In this document: positions 27,486 to 41,677 of the stretch, one piece after another
How the letters are laid out: the number at the start of each line of letters is the position of its first letter
Position numbering within the stretch: position 1 is the first letter of the stretch
Assembly (NCBI GenBank): GCA_000182565.2
Contig: KQ257467.1
DNA: 64,000 nt
DNA from: Spizellomyces punctatus DAOM BR117
Taxonomy: Eukaryota
Reading direction: 5' to 3' (one strand)
Made by a program: the position numbers and the translations under genes
The notes under the pieces: model-generated
Database searches by the model: none
Seen by the model: only the letters and a program-made list of their open reading frames with translations
What the model was told of the DNA's origin: nothing

Positions 27486-29594
27486 ATGCCCTCACCTGAA
27501 ACTCCCATGGTAAGCTTGTATTATTTTAGGTGGACCATCTCATATATATTAGCTTACCGGTTGCGTCCCTTGCGTCCCTTGTTGACAAAAGACCCAGGAA
27601 GTTCCTTGTCTTGATCAAGACGGTTCTGGTGTCTCGCCAGAGCAAAATTCTGGAATAATCAGCAAATCACCATCAATTCTGAAGCAAAAGTCCGAAGGTG
27701 GAACAAATCCACTCACAGGGTCGCCACCTTGTGAGGATGATGATGTTGTATCCAGTTCATCTACTAGCGGAAGTGGAAGCATATCGTCCCCATGCCAGTC
27801 TGAGACCTCGGCAGATGCTGCATCCGAGGGCAATTGGGCCTCTGTGGATCCCCTACTATTGACCGCCGTACGAAGCTCTAAGGATCGGCTGTTTGTTTTG
27901 AAGCTGGATCAGCGGTGTGACGAATTCCTTAAAGACGCAAGGTTTGCATGATGGTTTCTATTTTCTAAGCACTCAAGGGAGTGCATGATTTCAGCGGTCA
28001 ACTTACACCATTCTCTGGCGTCTAGTCAGACCCGACTGGAGTTTCCCCAGATGAACTCCTATCAGCGACTGATAGTACATCGTGTAGCCCAATATTTCAA
28101 GCTGGTTCACGTTGCGGACTCAGCTCGTCGAGCGGTGGTCTTGTATAAGAATGCAGATTCTGAAACGTACGATCTCTATATATCGGATTTTGCTAACGTG
28201 GGCAATTTATGTTAACATGCCCTTGTTCTCATTACAGACCTTGTCTACGACTATGCGATATCCCTTTGGATGCGAGTACTGCATCCCAGAGCGCGGTGTC
28301 CTCCATCCGAATCATGCAAAGACATTCTCATCATCACAATCACAGTCACAATCGAGCCTCACGCCATTCAAGCACTGATAGCGGTTCTGAAGGGGCTAAT
28401 GGACCTTCGGGTGCTTTCAAATCAATTGAGGAACGCGAGGCTGCCTATCAGGCGGCGCGAGCACGAATATTTCAGGAAGATTCAGAGTCCGATGTCTCTA
28501 GCACCTCACGGACATCGAACCAGTCCAATAGTACAACGGGAAAGAGCACAGCCCGCAGTGGAAAGCATCACAATCGCAGTCAGGCTTCACGTTTAAAGCA
28601 GCAGCCAGGTGCAGCGCGGGGAAGAGGACAGCAATTCACTCCTCAAGGTGGCGTCCCATTCTCCATGCCTCCCAGCGATTATGCTCGCGTATCTCCGTAC
28701 TATGCGTACGACAATGGACCTCGCGGTGGATATCCATTAAACCCTTCTAATGGAATTCGGCCGAACTTGCGTGGACATCCACCAGCATTTGAGGCAATGT
28801 ATGGATCCGGAGCACCGCCGCCTTTCAACACCAACGGTCCTATGCCGTCTGGGACCCGCTACATGGGATCGTACGTAGACTGGAACGGGACAGTTTGTCA
28901 TGCCCAAGGCGAGTCGCCCGGTCAATCTGTGCAGGAGCCCAAGGCTCTGGACTCTATAAACAATCCCTTCGGAACAGCATCCATACCTGCACCCTATCCG
29001 TTTGCGCGTCCGGATTTTGGCATCCCTCCGTACACGTCACCTTTCACCGCTTCTCACATGGATGGTGTGGCGCTACATTACTACCCAGAGATTGGTACAT
29101 TTGTGCCTGGGCCAATGGTTGATCATGAAGGGGGCATAATGCAGCATGGTAGTGCACCAGGGCTAATGGGACCGAACGCCCCATACGCTGGTGGTTACCG
29201 AGAAACTGAACAAGGAGGATATGTTCCGCAACAGAAAGCACATTTCCCTGGAGGTCGCGATAGGCCGCTTCCTCGTCACGACCCATCTTTCTCAGATTTT
29301 TCTGTGCCAGATAGATTACAAGATCCATTGACTGACTGTTTTCGGCCAACGAACCCCCCCATATATCATTCACCTGATCCTCGGCCTCCTTATTCTTCCC
29401 ACACACCCATTTTTGAAGGAACATCGGTAAGAGTTCCGACTAGTGGACTTGGACGAGGAGGTTATGGCATGGTGAGAGGAGTTGTACCTTATTCAAATGG
29501 GAGTAGGGTTGGAGGACCAGAGGAAGGAGAGGTCGACGATCTAATCTCGGGAATAAATAGCGTTACGATAGATAGCATTGGAGATCAAAGCTAG
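27486..29594 (+). CDS. R3H + SUZ domain RNA-binding protein (ARPP21/R3HDM/Rbs1-like) with a Pro/Gly/Tyr-rich low-complexity tail
   Basis: KDRLFVLKLDQ...LEFPQMNSYQRLIVHRVAQYFKL (R3H) and KSIEEREAAYQAARARIF (SUZ). A short first exon MPSPETPM splices in frame to the second exon at ~27592. Confidence 0.85.
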
Positions 29595-29935
29595 CGGCTC
29601 ATGGTAAAGCTAGTTCTGTAAATATAGTGAAATTATTACACTCGAAAATATCCCCATTTCATCTGTTAAATTGTGGGGGTTTGGGATTTGATCATGTGAG
29701 CGCATGTGATGTGATACAACGGCCAATGTGACACAACCGCCTCGCCTCAACCCGTCGGACGTGGCTTGCCGCAACTTTTGGTTGGGTCCGTTTTGAGTTT
29801 CGGTTGGTGTGTGTTTGTTCATTGGGTTATCGGGTTTTGGAAATTATTGTGTTTTTTCAGAGGTTGCTTTTTGGTGGGAGCATCAACGACAGGTTAACGG
29901 GCAGCCAAAAACACATTTACTGGCGGTAACTCACC

Positions 29936-31389
29936 ATGAACTTTGATTCAACCCTTCAACGCATTCCGACGGGAGGTTCAAATGAGTATCGGCCAGCACC
30001 TGCACGACACATGACATGGAGGTCTAGACTGGTATGATGATATTATACGACAGGTTTCTTTATAACAACTTTATGAACTTTTTGACGATCATTACAGACA
30101 CCCAAGGATCCCTGGGCGAAGGGTGCTGTAATTTGGGCGACATCCCAGCTACTCGTCATTGTGATACTAGAAGCCGCCATAGCCAAAATTCACGGGGACT
30201 ACCGCTCAGAGCTCGAAGCGCTCAACGATCCTGCCGTGGATCAAAGTGTTGTGCCAAACGCAAGAGCAATAACAATCTATCATGCACTTTTTATTGTCGC
30301 GCAGGCGTTTCAGTGGGTATTGGCGGCCGATGCGGTACGTTTCCTCATTCTTGTGGTTTATTTTGTTGGACTTTCGTTGGATTAAGGAGAGCTGGCATGA
30401 TAGGTCCTTACCTCTTCCATGATCCAACTTGTTTCGACAACACTTTACAACACTGCGCTGTTTGCATACTCTATCGTGCAATTTAAACAAGCCAAAGATA
30501 TTGCTGACCAAGTCACACAACTGGGGCTGCCTAACTTGCCCAAACCTCATCCCACAAAAACACCAGAATTTATCGTCATTGTCGCTATGGCAATCTTTGC
30601 AGCGGGCTGGATGGTCATCTCTCAACGGCTGTACCGTGTGTTCGGATGGAGTATTTTCAAAGAGCTTGGAGCAGATATTGCCGTTCGAAGTACGATGCAT
30701 CGCTTTTTGGTCGGAATCCTGATCCTCCCTCGCTGACGCAACTTGTTCTTTTCATTAAAGACCGACTAAAGTTGTACCATATTTATATGATGCTCCTCAA
30801 GCTTGATGTCTTTTTCTTCCTCGGATTTGATATACAGTTCCTCCTTCTTGTTCTGCTGAACGATGGAGACGTTTCCTCGAGGTGGACACATGGATTGATA
30901 GCAATACCATTTACCTTGATTCTCTTGGTCATTGCGTACTTTGCGGTATGGTACTTTTGCGAACACTACTTGTTTGCGTACTCATCATCGTTTTCTCGTA
31001 GATTCGTAAAGAGAGCAACATTTTAATGACGCTGACACTGTTGGGATTATCTGGGGGGATTGGGTACTTGATTGCCAAGCTGGTCGATGTCATGAAGAAA
31101 GGGGATACGCCAAAGTATTCTGGCAGTCGAAACTCTTTGACATTCTTTGGTATGAGTTTTTGAGTGCCATGGCTATAGCAAAGACAGCGGCTCACAATTT
31201 AATTTTCTTATCTATCGCGTAGAGTCTATCACCTTGGCACTATCCGTAGCGACATTTGTAGTTGCTATTATGAATTTTAGAAATTTTGGGAAGGGGTTGA
31301 AAGAGCAATTGGAAAGAGCGCGCGGCCAAAATATGGAGCTGGACGACATACAACGGCCGCCGAAAGACAATCGCTGGACTCTTGATTAG
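29936..31389 (+). CDS. Multi-pass membrane protein resembling the fungal UPF0658 Golgi membrane family; spliced
   Basis: About 7-8 hydrophobic segments; motifs LYRVFGWSIFKELGAD, LLKLDVFFFLGF and C-terminal NFGKGLK...RWTLD*. Family assignment is from recalled motif similarity. Confidence 0.75.
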
Positions 31390-31637
31390 ATCTAAACCTA
31401 GATATATGGTGTTAGATAGTTTCTTGTTTGTATTTAGGTCGTCCTATTCTTATGCTTTTTTTAGTTTTTGCAATTTATTGACATGACATGCAAAAATCGC
31501 TCTATGACTGTCTGGAAAGATGATACTATTTTGTTGATTTGTATATTACGTAACAGGCCATAGCGTTCATCGTCCCCAAACGAAATCACCCAAAAACCAC
31601 TCTTCTCCACACATTTAAAAAACATTTGCATTGTCCT

Positions 31638-34407
31638 TTAATCATTACTGGTATCTGCATTGCTCTTGGCTTTCTGTGTCGTAAGCTCTTCCAGAGATTT
31701 ATGGCGTGAGAGCTCAGAGAGCACAGTTTCATCGACGGGTAACACCGACTTTCGCCTGAAGCGTTGTGGAGTCGGTCTGTCTTCAAATTGTTGCTAACGT
31801 GTGGGGTAGGTATTAGCGCTCAGCATGTGAATTGCATTCCAAGATGTAGCCAATGAAAACACGTACCAACTCCTTGTTCAGCACATCATCCTCTGGTGGC
31901 TCTGGCTTTGTTGGAGTTTCTTCCAGCGGATCAGCTGTCAGAGGTACGGCTACTATCATCCCACGTATTTTAGTAAAAACTCCTCTAAACATCTAATCAC
32001 TAAATAACCCACATGGAATGACCGCCGTAACACTTGGAATGGATACCGGTAAACGTGCAGCCTGGGCGGATGGCAATTTTCCTGCATTCTGTGTCGCCAG
32101 CTGTTCAAGTTTCTGCCATATTTCTTCCCGGTCCTTTTGCTTCTTCCGCTCACTGGTATGAGAAAGTATGAGTAATCCACAAAGGAACTGTCCTCTAGCT
32201 ATTGCACGCTTACAGCTGGCGATTTTGTTTGTATTTGTTTGTGCATTCGTCAAACAGCTTTGGGCTGATCTCCATGAAAAGCTTTAAGGCATTGTAAACT
32301 AGGCCATGAATGGTCCTAAGTCCACAAAATGCTAAGTAGGCTGAACAGAAGATGGCTTAAACATTGATTCAAGAAATACCTGTTCCAGTGTGTTTTTGAA
32401 TTTCGATACAGGGAGGAAAACATGATGGGAAGTATGACGCTGGCATTGTCACCAATCAAGTTGATAATATAGTCGTTGTTCCAATAATACAAAGCTCGCT
32501 CTGCCACCTGAAACGAACGGACGTGAGAACGGTGGGCAAAAAGGTGGAGACCTGAGACCTGAAGAATTCGCTTTAGGCACTGAAATTACCTGGAAATGTG
32601 GGCTAGAAACGCATCGAGAGATTTGCTGGAACAATGGAACTTGAATCTTTACAAACTCTTGTGGTTCAATCACGTCCAATATTTCCTCAATCTCGTTCAG
32701 AAACATGACTTCCTTTGGGCTGTTCACTTTGGGCCAATACCGGAGCAGTCCGCACACCACCTATACAGAGGGCGTCAGCGCCAAATCTTTCACAGCTGAC
32801 AAACGAGCTTCTGACCTCCTCAGTCAACGCGGGATCCTTTTCGAGAAATTGCACCACACAGTACGCCAACTGAGGATGATACAACGTCAACGATTTGGCC
32901 TTGTGCAGTGGGATCAGGACTCTAGTGAGGAAGACTTTGTGCTCTTCTTTCAGTGGCAAAGCAAAACCGTTGATGATACTGTGAAGCATATCGCTGAGAA
33001 ATCCATGCAAACCAAGTAAGAAACGGTGCCAAACGATGGTACCTTCCAAGGATCTCCAACAATTCTGCGATACCGTTGTGCCGCTCCTGTTCATAAATGA
33101 ACTGGAAGAACACGTTGTTGATGGATCTCCGAATGAAGGCTCGCAGGTTGAGAAATTTGCCGTAGATGCGATGCAGCGTTGTTTTAAGGAAATCACGCTC
33201 CCGTGGATCTTCGCTGTCAAACAGATCCAGCAACTATGCCATAGCATCTAAGTTTCTACACTGTTCATCGAATGAACGCCAAATTGACGTACCTGCAAGA
33301 TGAAGTGCTGATCTATGTACTTCTTCGCAATGTTGGTATTGAAATCCGGCGATTCAATGAACCGCAAGAAAAATTCGTACACAATTTGCAGGTGGGGCCA
33401 AGCCATTTCAAGGACGGGTTCGTCTTCCTCGGGATCAAAGGCATCACCACTGGGATTTACTTGAGGAGGTATTGTTCGGAATAGGTTGGTAGCAAACTAA
33501 TGCGAATCCATAAAAACAGTCAGTACTTGTGGAGCATTCACGATAAGCCATTCAGACGCTTGCCACACCATATTAACGACTTCCGGGTAGATCGGTTCCG
33601 TGATGACGCCCCGGTTGTTACTGATGTATTCTACCAGTTCGGTCAGAGTCTGACGTTTGATCTCCTTTCCTTTCAGGTCGGACAATGAGTCGCTAAAGTC
33701 GAAGATGACGTTACACTGTTGGATCTTCTTGACTAGAAGATCCTGACGTTCAGAGGCAACTACATCTGCAAATGACGAAAAATCACGTCAGCTCCGCTTG
33801 TGTGCCATAGAAGTAGCAAGAGGTGCGGACCTTTAAAGGAAACCAATTTCTCCAGCTCAACACGTTCTGTGACGTGGAAGCGAGATGACCTTTGACGACG
33901 AGGTGCCTTGCTGGTAGGTACTGCATCTTTCGGGGTGTTTTTCAATCGATTGAGCGGACCACTCTTTGGAATCTCTTTATCGAGTATTTTATGACCGCCA
34001 ACGGATGTTGAAGAGGATGATGATGCCTGAACATTGACATTCAGCAAAGCGGCCTACTATTCATCAACTTGATACTATACTCACCGGTATCAATTGTGGT
34101 TGAGGTTCCATTTTCGCGTCTTCCCTCTTCGATGAAGATTTAGGGGAGCTTTCCTTTGTTTGCTTGTCCTTGGAAGACGCCTGTGCCTTCTCTTGTTTCT
34201 GCTGCTGGGGTTGTGGAGCAGCCGCTACCTTATTCGAAGCCGTTGACTTGCTAACGTTTGAAGAGCCGCTGGAATCGGGGGTCTTATTTCTAGACAACTG
34301 CATTTCGGATACATGTTTGTCAAATGGGTCCGATGAAATGGTGCTTGGACAAAAGTCGTCCGCTGCAGAGAATGGATACCTACGACGCGATTTTTCAGCC
34401 CTTTCAT
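31638..34407 (-). CDS. RTS1: PP2A regulatory subunit B' (B56/RTS1 family); spliced
   Basis: [83 protein letters not shown] and C-terminal RRKSVLP. Start MKGLKNRV at 34407. Confidence 0.95.
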
Positions 34408-35779
34408 CGCGAGGCGGGTCAAGTAGTCCAGGAAGGAGATGCCCACAACAAGCGAGCAACAACACGCTAGGGACAGCGAGAAGATGGCCCAGATGTGGAG
34501 ACAAAGTGCAAATCACGAGAGAATGCGAATGACGAAAATGGAAGCGGGCAAGCAAATGCATTAGCACCTTACATAATAATCACACAAATTGCAAGAAGCC
34601 CGGGTTGAACATACCGGTTTGAAAAACGAAATAACCCAATAGCCGAGTGCAAATGGGAAGCACTGCTGTTCTCACTAGTCCCTGTCAGCGGACGCACGTA
34701 GGACGCCGGAAGGTAAAAGCAAACGAAACGGACGGGTGCGGGAGGCAGCCAGACTAAAAAAGATGAAAACCCAAAGGCACTGTTAAAAGTCCAGCTCGTA
34801 ACGTGCCAACGAAAATCCTCTTTGTGTGTGATTGCCAGCTATCTGCAACCAAAAACAACTGGCCGCGCGTTTGGTTATTCCCTTCTACAGGCCCCCCGGC
34901 CCGAACCCGTCTCGCGTAGCAAAGAACAAGTTGCGAGAATGTCCGCAAAAAACAAAAGCAGACAGAAATCACGATGCAGCCAAATTTCCCCACGCCTTTG
35001 CAGAACGGCACGCCGAGTTCGGAGTTTTGCCCCGTCCTTTGATTGAATCCCGCTGTGTGTGTAACCGCCGCGGCTTAGTCTCATGATGGCCCCTCCCCCA
35101 ACGAGAAGCCCCGCTTCTGTAAGTCTTGCTATCGACGTTTGGCGACTTTCCAAGAACGAGAGCAGCTTCCAGCGTTCAGCAACGCACATCCTCCATTTTA
35201 GGTTGACATTCCTTCTTTACCCCCCCTCCATGGGGAGTTGAAGGAATAAAAATACATTCTTGTCCCATCAAACTCGTGCGATACGACGGGGCGGCCGTCC
35301 TTTTTTTTTGTATCTGCTCATGAATATCCCCATGTCTTTTTGCTTACCTTGCTGTCCCTTTATGAAAATGTTCCAAGCAGCCCGAAAGCAGTGTTACTGC
35401 AAGGTCGGGAAAAAAAAAAGGCAACAGGGTGCAGCAAATCACAAAAAGGCTGCACGTTCAAGAACAGTTTGAAATCCTCATGTTCAAAACCTCCTTCCAG
35501 GGCGATATTGTCATCATCGTCTATATATAGAGATGCATTGAAATTCGTGTTGGGACGCGATCTTCTTTTCGATGCAAGCCACACATACATTGCTCATAAA
35601 ACGAACATGTTCTGGAGGGCCACAACTGGTGGATGGGAGTGGTGCCCAGTTTCATTTAGCTTGCATTTAGCTTGCTGCTCCAAGGTATTTCCCTGGGATG
35701 GTACACACATTACAGGAAGAAGGTATTATTTACTACCACTATACAAACAAGCCAAAGATCACAATCTCTACAGCCAAAA

Positions 35780-38046
35780 TTATCTTACAGCAACACTGAC
35801 AATGGAAAGGTAAGTACATCTTTGAAAAATCAAACAGTCAACTCACAACCGTAGAACGTACATGTCGTCAATCTTCATAATCATCTTGACCGTTTCCGCT
35901 GCAAGCTCAATGGCGCTGGTGGATACCAACAACGGTTGTACGACATTCTCCTCCAAGATGTTGGAAATTGTCCCCTGACAAATAAGCAATGTTTAACACT
36001 TGAAAAAGCACCAATGGTCCAGAAAAAAATGAAATACCTTGCGGACATTGATGCCGGCAGTTTTCTCGCCTTTGGCATGTCTGTTACGCAATTCCGTCAC
36101 AATCGCAATCGGGTGCAATCCAGCATTCTCCGCCAAAGTGGTTGGGATGATCTCAAGAGCTTCGGCAAAGGCTTGGAAACAATAGGCCTCCATGCCCTTT
36201 AGCGTCCTGGCATGCTCCATCAATCGACGAGAAACCTCAATCTCCGGAGCACCGCCCCCAGCAATGAGCGCACGTTTCTTGACGAGGCACCGAATCACAC
36301 AAAGAGCATCGTGTAAAGACCTTTCCGCTTCCTCCAGGACCAATGGGTTGGAACCATGGATCAAGACTGACACAGTCTTCCCGGCATTCTTCACTCCCTG
36401 CACCTTGACCACCTTGGCCCCAGCGCTCTCGACCTCCTCCACGACATCTGCGTACCCAAGTTTGTCTTCGGTGAATGATTCGATATCGGCAATCGGTTTG
36501 CAGCCAGTAGACTAGTGGGTCGTCTCATTGATTAAACGTTCAGATATAAATTTTAGGCTTCACTCTGGAAATACCTTGCAAATGAATTCGATCTCGTCTC
36601 TTTCCACATCTCTAATGGCCAAAATCTTCAGCTTCGACAGGAAGTGTAATGACAGTTCATTCACAGCATCGCGAAGAATGGACTTTTGAATCAAAAGAAC
36701 GTTGCACCCGGTCTTTTTGATCTTCTTGCACATATTCAAAAGATACTGGCGCTCCTCTTTCAGAATTTTATCCATTTGACGGTAATCATTGACAATGACT
36801 TGATTCTCCATCTGTTCCGAACAATGTTCATGAGACTATTGCTATGTGCACAACAATGTCATTTGTGAACTCACGTCAGGTTTAGGAGGCGATAACTGGA
36901 ACTGAATCAGTCCAATTTTCGCCTTTTCAATACGGGTCGGGCCACCGGCGCTTTTTATCACATTCTGTGTCAAGACCAGACCATCCACCAACTCCGTATC
37001 GTCAATAGTACCCCCAACTTTTTTGACTAGCCGGATGTCTTTAAGATCCACATTGTCAGAAATTGCGGGATCAATGACGCGGAGAACACTATCCACGGCG
37101 ATAGGAGATAGAAGGCTAGAGTATTGAGACACAATCTAGTTGCACCATATATAATCTATCAATCTCGGGACCACTTTGACATAGTTGTTGCTCGCTGTCA
37201 CATACCTTTGAGCTAAGCGAGGTGGTTGCACTCTTCAGTAGTGATTCCCGATCATTGAGATCCAGTTTTACGGACATTTCAGTAAGGTACTGAGTTGCTT
37301 TTCCAGCTGCGCGCTGGAACGACTCGGCAATAATTGTTGGATGAATTCCTAAGCTAGTATTAGGAACTCAGGCGGCCATAACATGCACATCATAGGACGC
37401 AAACCTTTCTCAAGTAACCGTTCTGCGGCTGTCAATAGACTTCCTGCCAAAACTACAACTGATGTTGTTCCATCTCCAGCCTCCACGTCCTGTGCTGCGG
37501 ACAAATCCACCAACTGCCCAGAACTATGAATATCACCAGCGCAGTAGAATAAGAATAAGATCTCACAATCTCTTACCATCTTCGCCGCGGGATGCAGGAC
37601 AGACATATGCTTCATTATGGTTGCTCCGTCATTTGTAATCACGACGTTTTCTCCGGCCTTTCCTGTTTGAATCTGGATATACGGAATGTGAGATTGCCCT
37701 GCGCACCGCTGGCGAGACACGATCGCATCAGATCTCACAATACCATCTTGTCCATTCCCTTCGGTCCCAAACTCGTTCGGACGGCATCTGCCACAGCTAT
37801 GACACGTAATGGTAATGCGTTAGCACTGTACGTTGCAGTTGGCGATGGGTTGCAGATGGACGTGTTTGCTCGCAATTTCCGCGAAGAGACAAACGTCTCT
37901 TCGTAGTATCGTTCTACGGGCGCCAAATCCTCATTATCCTCCATCTCCAGAAGCGCACGCTTACCTTTTGCAGCGATGATATTACTCGCTCGAACCTCAG
38001 TGGGCTTCTCCTTGTCCTGGAACTGCTTTGGTTTGACTGCTGCCAT
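35780..38046 (-). CDS. CCT4: T-complex protein 1 subunit delta (TRiC/CCT chaperonin); spliced
   Basis: [64 protein letters not shown] and [10 protein letters not shown]; last micro-exon IVAVR* ends at 35780. Confidence 0.96.
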
Positions 38047-38087
38047 ATTGAGACCAAGGGGACGACGTAGAATAAGATATCACAAGG

Positions 38088-38180
38088 TGGTGGATGGAAC
38101 GTTCGGATGGATGGAGAGGTACGAATTCGAGGACGGATGGAAGGATGGATGGATATTTGGGCGATGGATGGATGGATGAG
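38088..38180. repeat. Interrupted (GGAT)n/(ATCC)n tract just upstream of the CCT4 ATG
   Basis: Several ggatggatgg blocks at about 38105, 38131-38153 and 38163-38180. Confidence 0.8.
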
Positions 38181-39673
38181 ACTTCTACGGATGGCCTGTC
38201 GCAAGCGTATCTTGCAATCGGACTCGTTAACGCGCTGCGCATGTCCGGACGGGAGACACGTAAAGTACGTTACACACATATTTGACCGATGATGGTGGAC
38301 GACCTTTGACCTAATAGTTTTGAACGGAAGTAAAGGGAGCATCAAGGCGATCATCAAAGCCTACGTCTGACACTCCTTCAGATGCAATGATTGATGGCAG
38401 TTGCTGGACTGTTCATCAATTAACTTGAACCACTAACTGGGTGGAGGATGAAATGCCAACCCTTGGGAGAGTCTAGAAGCCGAGAGCTGAGGAGGTTGCA
38501 AGTGACGGCCCTTGGTTATGGACCAACTGACTTTCGATGTATAACATATGGGAGGAATTTCAAGATATCTCTGGCCACCTATCGCTAAAGTTGACATTTG
38601 ACATTCGATGCCTTGTTGAGTAGAACTGGATACATTTTGCACAGTCTTTTGGCTATAGTCCAAGATTAAACCATTGTCATGCTCGTCACTACTTGGCAAG
38701 TTCCACAGAGCACGGACATGGTGCCACATTTTCCAATCAATGCAGGCAAGAAACAGCATGTACCATTGACCGTTCCAAGATGATACGCTCCGCCTGAGCT
38801 ATTCCCCTTGCTTGCTCCCGCAAATAATTGTAGACAATCCTCAGCTGTTCAGCCCTTCATAGTATTTGAACGGCTAGCAAGGCACGAGTCAGTGTAAGAA
38901 TACCCACCAAGTTCTGTTTTAGGAAGCATCGTCAAACCATCAACGTCTTTTCCGCCATCTGTACGCCTAGCCACCTCAACGAGATCAATAGATATTCGTC
39001 ACCGGAAGCTGCATTTGACGACATCTTCCAGATATAACCCCAATACGGCGCCATAGAGGACCATACTATGTTACAAAGATCATCCAAGGAAGTGAGAGAA
39101 CACAGATATGACAAAGAGGCCCTATATTCCAAAGCAGAGGGTTCCACAGATGATGGAGTCCAAACCTTGTAGGTTGGTTCCCATATTTTCTTTTTACAGC
39201 GCATTGGTGGTTGCAGCACAGTGGTGAGTGCCGTGTGAAAACAGACTTGGAGAAATCACAATGTCAACAGGCTGCAAAACACTAGCACCTAAAGTCCCGC
39301 CTAGTCCCATCCTTCGAACAAGGGCGGGGCATTACTGTCATTTGCGGAGGACAAATGTCAATTGCCATCCAGCTTCTGGACGACGAGCGACAAACAATCA
39401 AACACACGTGAGGGAAGGATGCTTGCGGTCTTGTGTGACGTGTTGTACATCCGTGGCTTTTCGGTTGTATCCTTTTCCATCAGCGTTGTACAGATAGCGG
39501 CCAACGTTGAACGAAGCGCATCGCTCGGAGGATTTGCACGACGACGAGCGGATTGTCCATTTTACTGCATCCATTTAGTTTCTTGGTCGACGTTGCCCCT
39601 TCCTTTGTGGATCCCAGTTCTGGTCGACTGGTGCCACTGGTGCTTCTACAATAGACTAAAAGAATAGAGCACA

Positions 39674-41677
39674 ATGGGCAACTCGTTCGGCAAAGAAGAT
39701 ATAGACTTTAAGTCAGTTCCTTCTTGAACAATTCCGAGTAGCTTATCGGTTTTTGACATACATGCTTACCTTTGTTGTTCCTTATCCGAATAGTTGAGTT
39801 ACGGCATTTCGAGCTACTGCGATGTGTGGGGAAAGGAGCTTTCGGCAAGGTATGTTGCTTATTGAATGCCAGGTTGAAGAGCGGGGAACGCAAACAAACG
39901 CCGCCCTTTCTCTGCCAGGTCCGAATCGTTGAAAAGCGGGACACAAAAAAGCTATATGCTTTGAAATACATCAACAAACATCAGTGCATTAAGATGCGGG
40001 CAACCCCTAATATCTTTCGAGAGCGAGCTATCCTTGAAGAGATCGAACACCCTTTCGTAGTCAATTTGCGGTTTGCGTTTCAGGATGACGAGAACATGTT
40101 TATGGTGATGGATTTAATGATGGGAGGTGACCTGCGGTTTCATGTAGATCGGATGGGAGGATTTAGCGAGGATGCAATGAAGTTTATCACGATGGAACTC
40201 GTTTGCGCATTGGATTATCTGCATCGAAAATTGATTGTGCATAGAGATCTGAAACCGGACAATGTCCTACTGGATGAACGAGGTCATGTACATATCACGG
40301 ACTTTAACATTGCAGTACACTACAACACCAAGACCCTAACTTCTCAATCGGGAACATTGGCGTATATGGGTATGTACCGGTAACGAGCATGCAAAATGAC
40401 CGTCACTTTACTGAAGCGCTTGGCATTTCATATTAGCTCCAGAAGTGTTTGCTGGAAAAGGTTATAGCTGGCCGGTAGACTATTGGAGCTTGGGTGTCAT
40501 GCTGTACGAATGCCTGTTTGGAAAGCGACCTTTCCGAGGACACACCGATGACCAGCTGAAGGAAAATATTTGCCAAGGACCGATCAAGATTCCGCAAGTC
40601 AATCTCATCACCAACAAGCCGATGACCATTTCTAAAGAATGTGAGGAGTTCCTGCTCAGATTACTGGAACGTGATGTTTCTAAGCGAATAGGATGCGGGC
40701 GAATGGGGGTGGAAGAGATACAGGCGCATCCATGGTTTAGAGGGATTGATTGGGATGCCGTGGAGAGAATGAAATATCCACCACCTTTTGTACCGGACCG
40801 GGATAAGGCAAACTTTGACGCTACATACGACCTAGAGGAGTTACTCTTGGAGGACAATCCCCTAACGTATCGGCCACGAAAGAAGAAACAACAACCAAAG
40901 CAATCACCAGACAAAACACATTCAGCACCACTCTCGCAAGCGCCAGCCACTAAAAGTCGTCCACATTCCTATAACGTACTTTCGCGAATAGGGCGTGGAG
41001 GCACCAACAGCCCGAACCCTCCTGCAGAAAAGGAAAAGAAGAAGCTTTCCCAAAAGGAAAGACTACAAATGGAGCTCGATTATATTGATCAAAACTTTAA
41101 GCTATTTGATTCAAGCGTATTTGATAGATACACGGGATTTGTAAATCCTCACACTCTTCAAGTATCGGACGACGTCCCAAGTTGGGTCAAAAACCTGGAC
41201 GCCGAACTGAAGCAAGCGCAAGTTGGTAATGAGAATCTACCGCCACCCGTCCCGCCTGTGCCTTCGTCATTGCTCGGATCGACTGAGAGTTCACCAGTAC
41301 TCTCGCGGAGCAGACGAGGTAGCGCATCGCAATACAAACCCCCACCACCCCCGCTGTCCGAGAGGTTTTCAAATTCGTCTTCTCGGAGAACCAGCGCTCA
41401 AACCAATAATTTCCCACCCGCTGGGAGCGCCCCTTCCTCACAGTCTGCGCGATATAGACAGTCTCAGCATCGTCCGGATGAAATGGCGGACTTGTCAGAC
41501 TATGGTCGACGAAGACAGCCCGACGCATTCGACGTTGTGGATGCATATGCGCCTCAACGAGCCGGCTTAGTTCCCGTCGCTTCAACCTCACCATCATCAC
41601 CAAAAGCGGGTTCTCCCCCGCCACAGGGCACATCGCTTTCGTCGAGATCTGCCCGTTTTAGGAGAGGCAGTAGATAG
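39674..41677 (+). CDS. AGC-group Ser/Thr kinase, YANK/STK32 family, with a disordered Ser/Pro-rich tail
   Basis: HFELLRCVGKGAFGKV, YALKYINK, HRDLKPDNVLL, the family-typical DFNIA in place of DFG, SGTLAYMAPE and NFDATYDLEELLLEDNPL. N-terminus MGNSFGK resembles a myristoylation site. Confidence 0.92.

Noticed and set aside
35360-35590. Short minus-strand ORF with an acidic patch (SLYIDDDDNIALEGG)
   Set aside because: No recognisable family and no clear splice connection to neighbouring genes.
38300-39660. 1.3-kb intergenic stretch with short ORFs, a possible decayed transposon
   Set aside because: No terminal repeats, target-site duplication, or transposase/RT motifs recognised.
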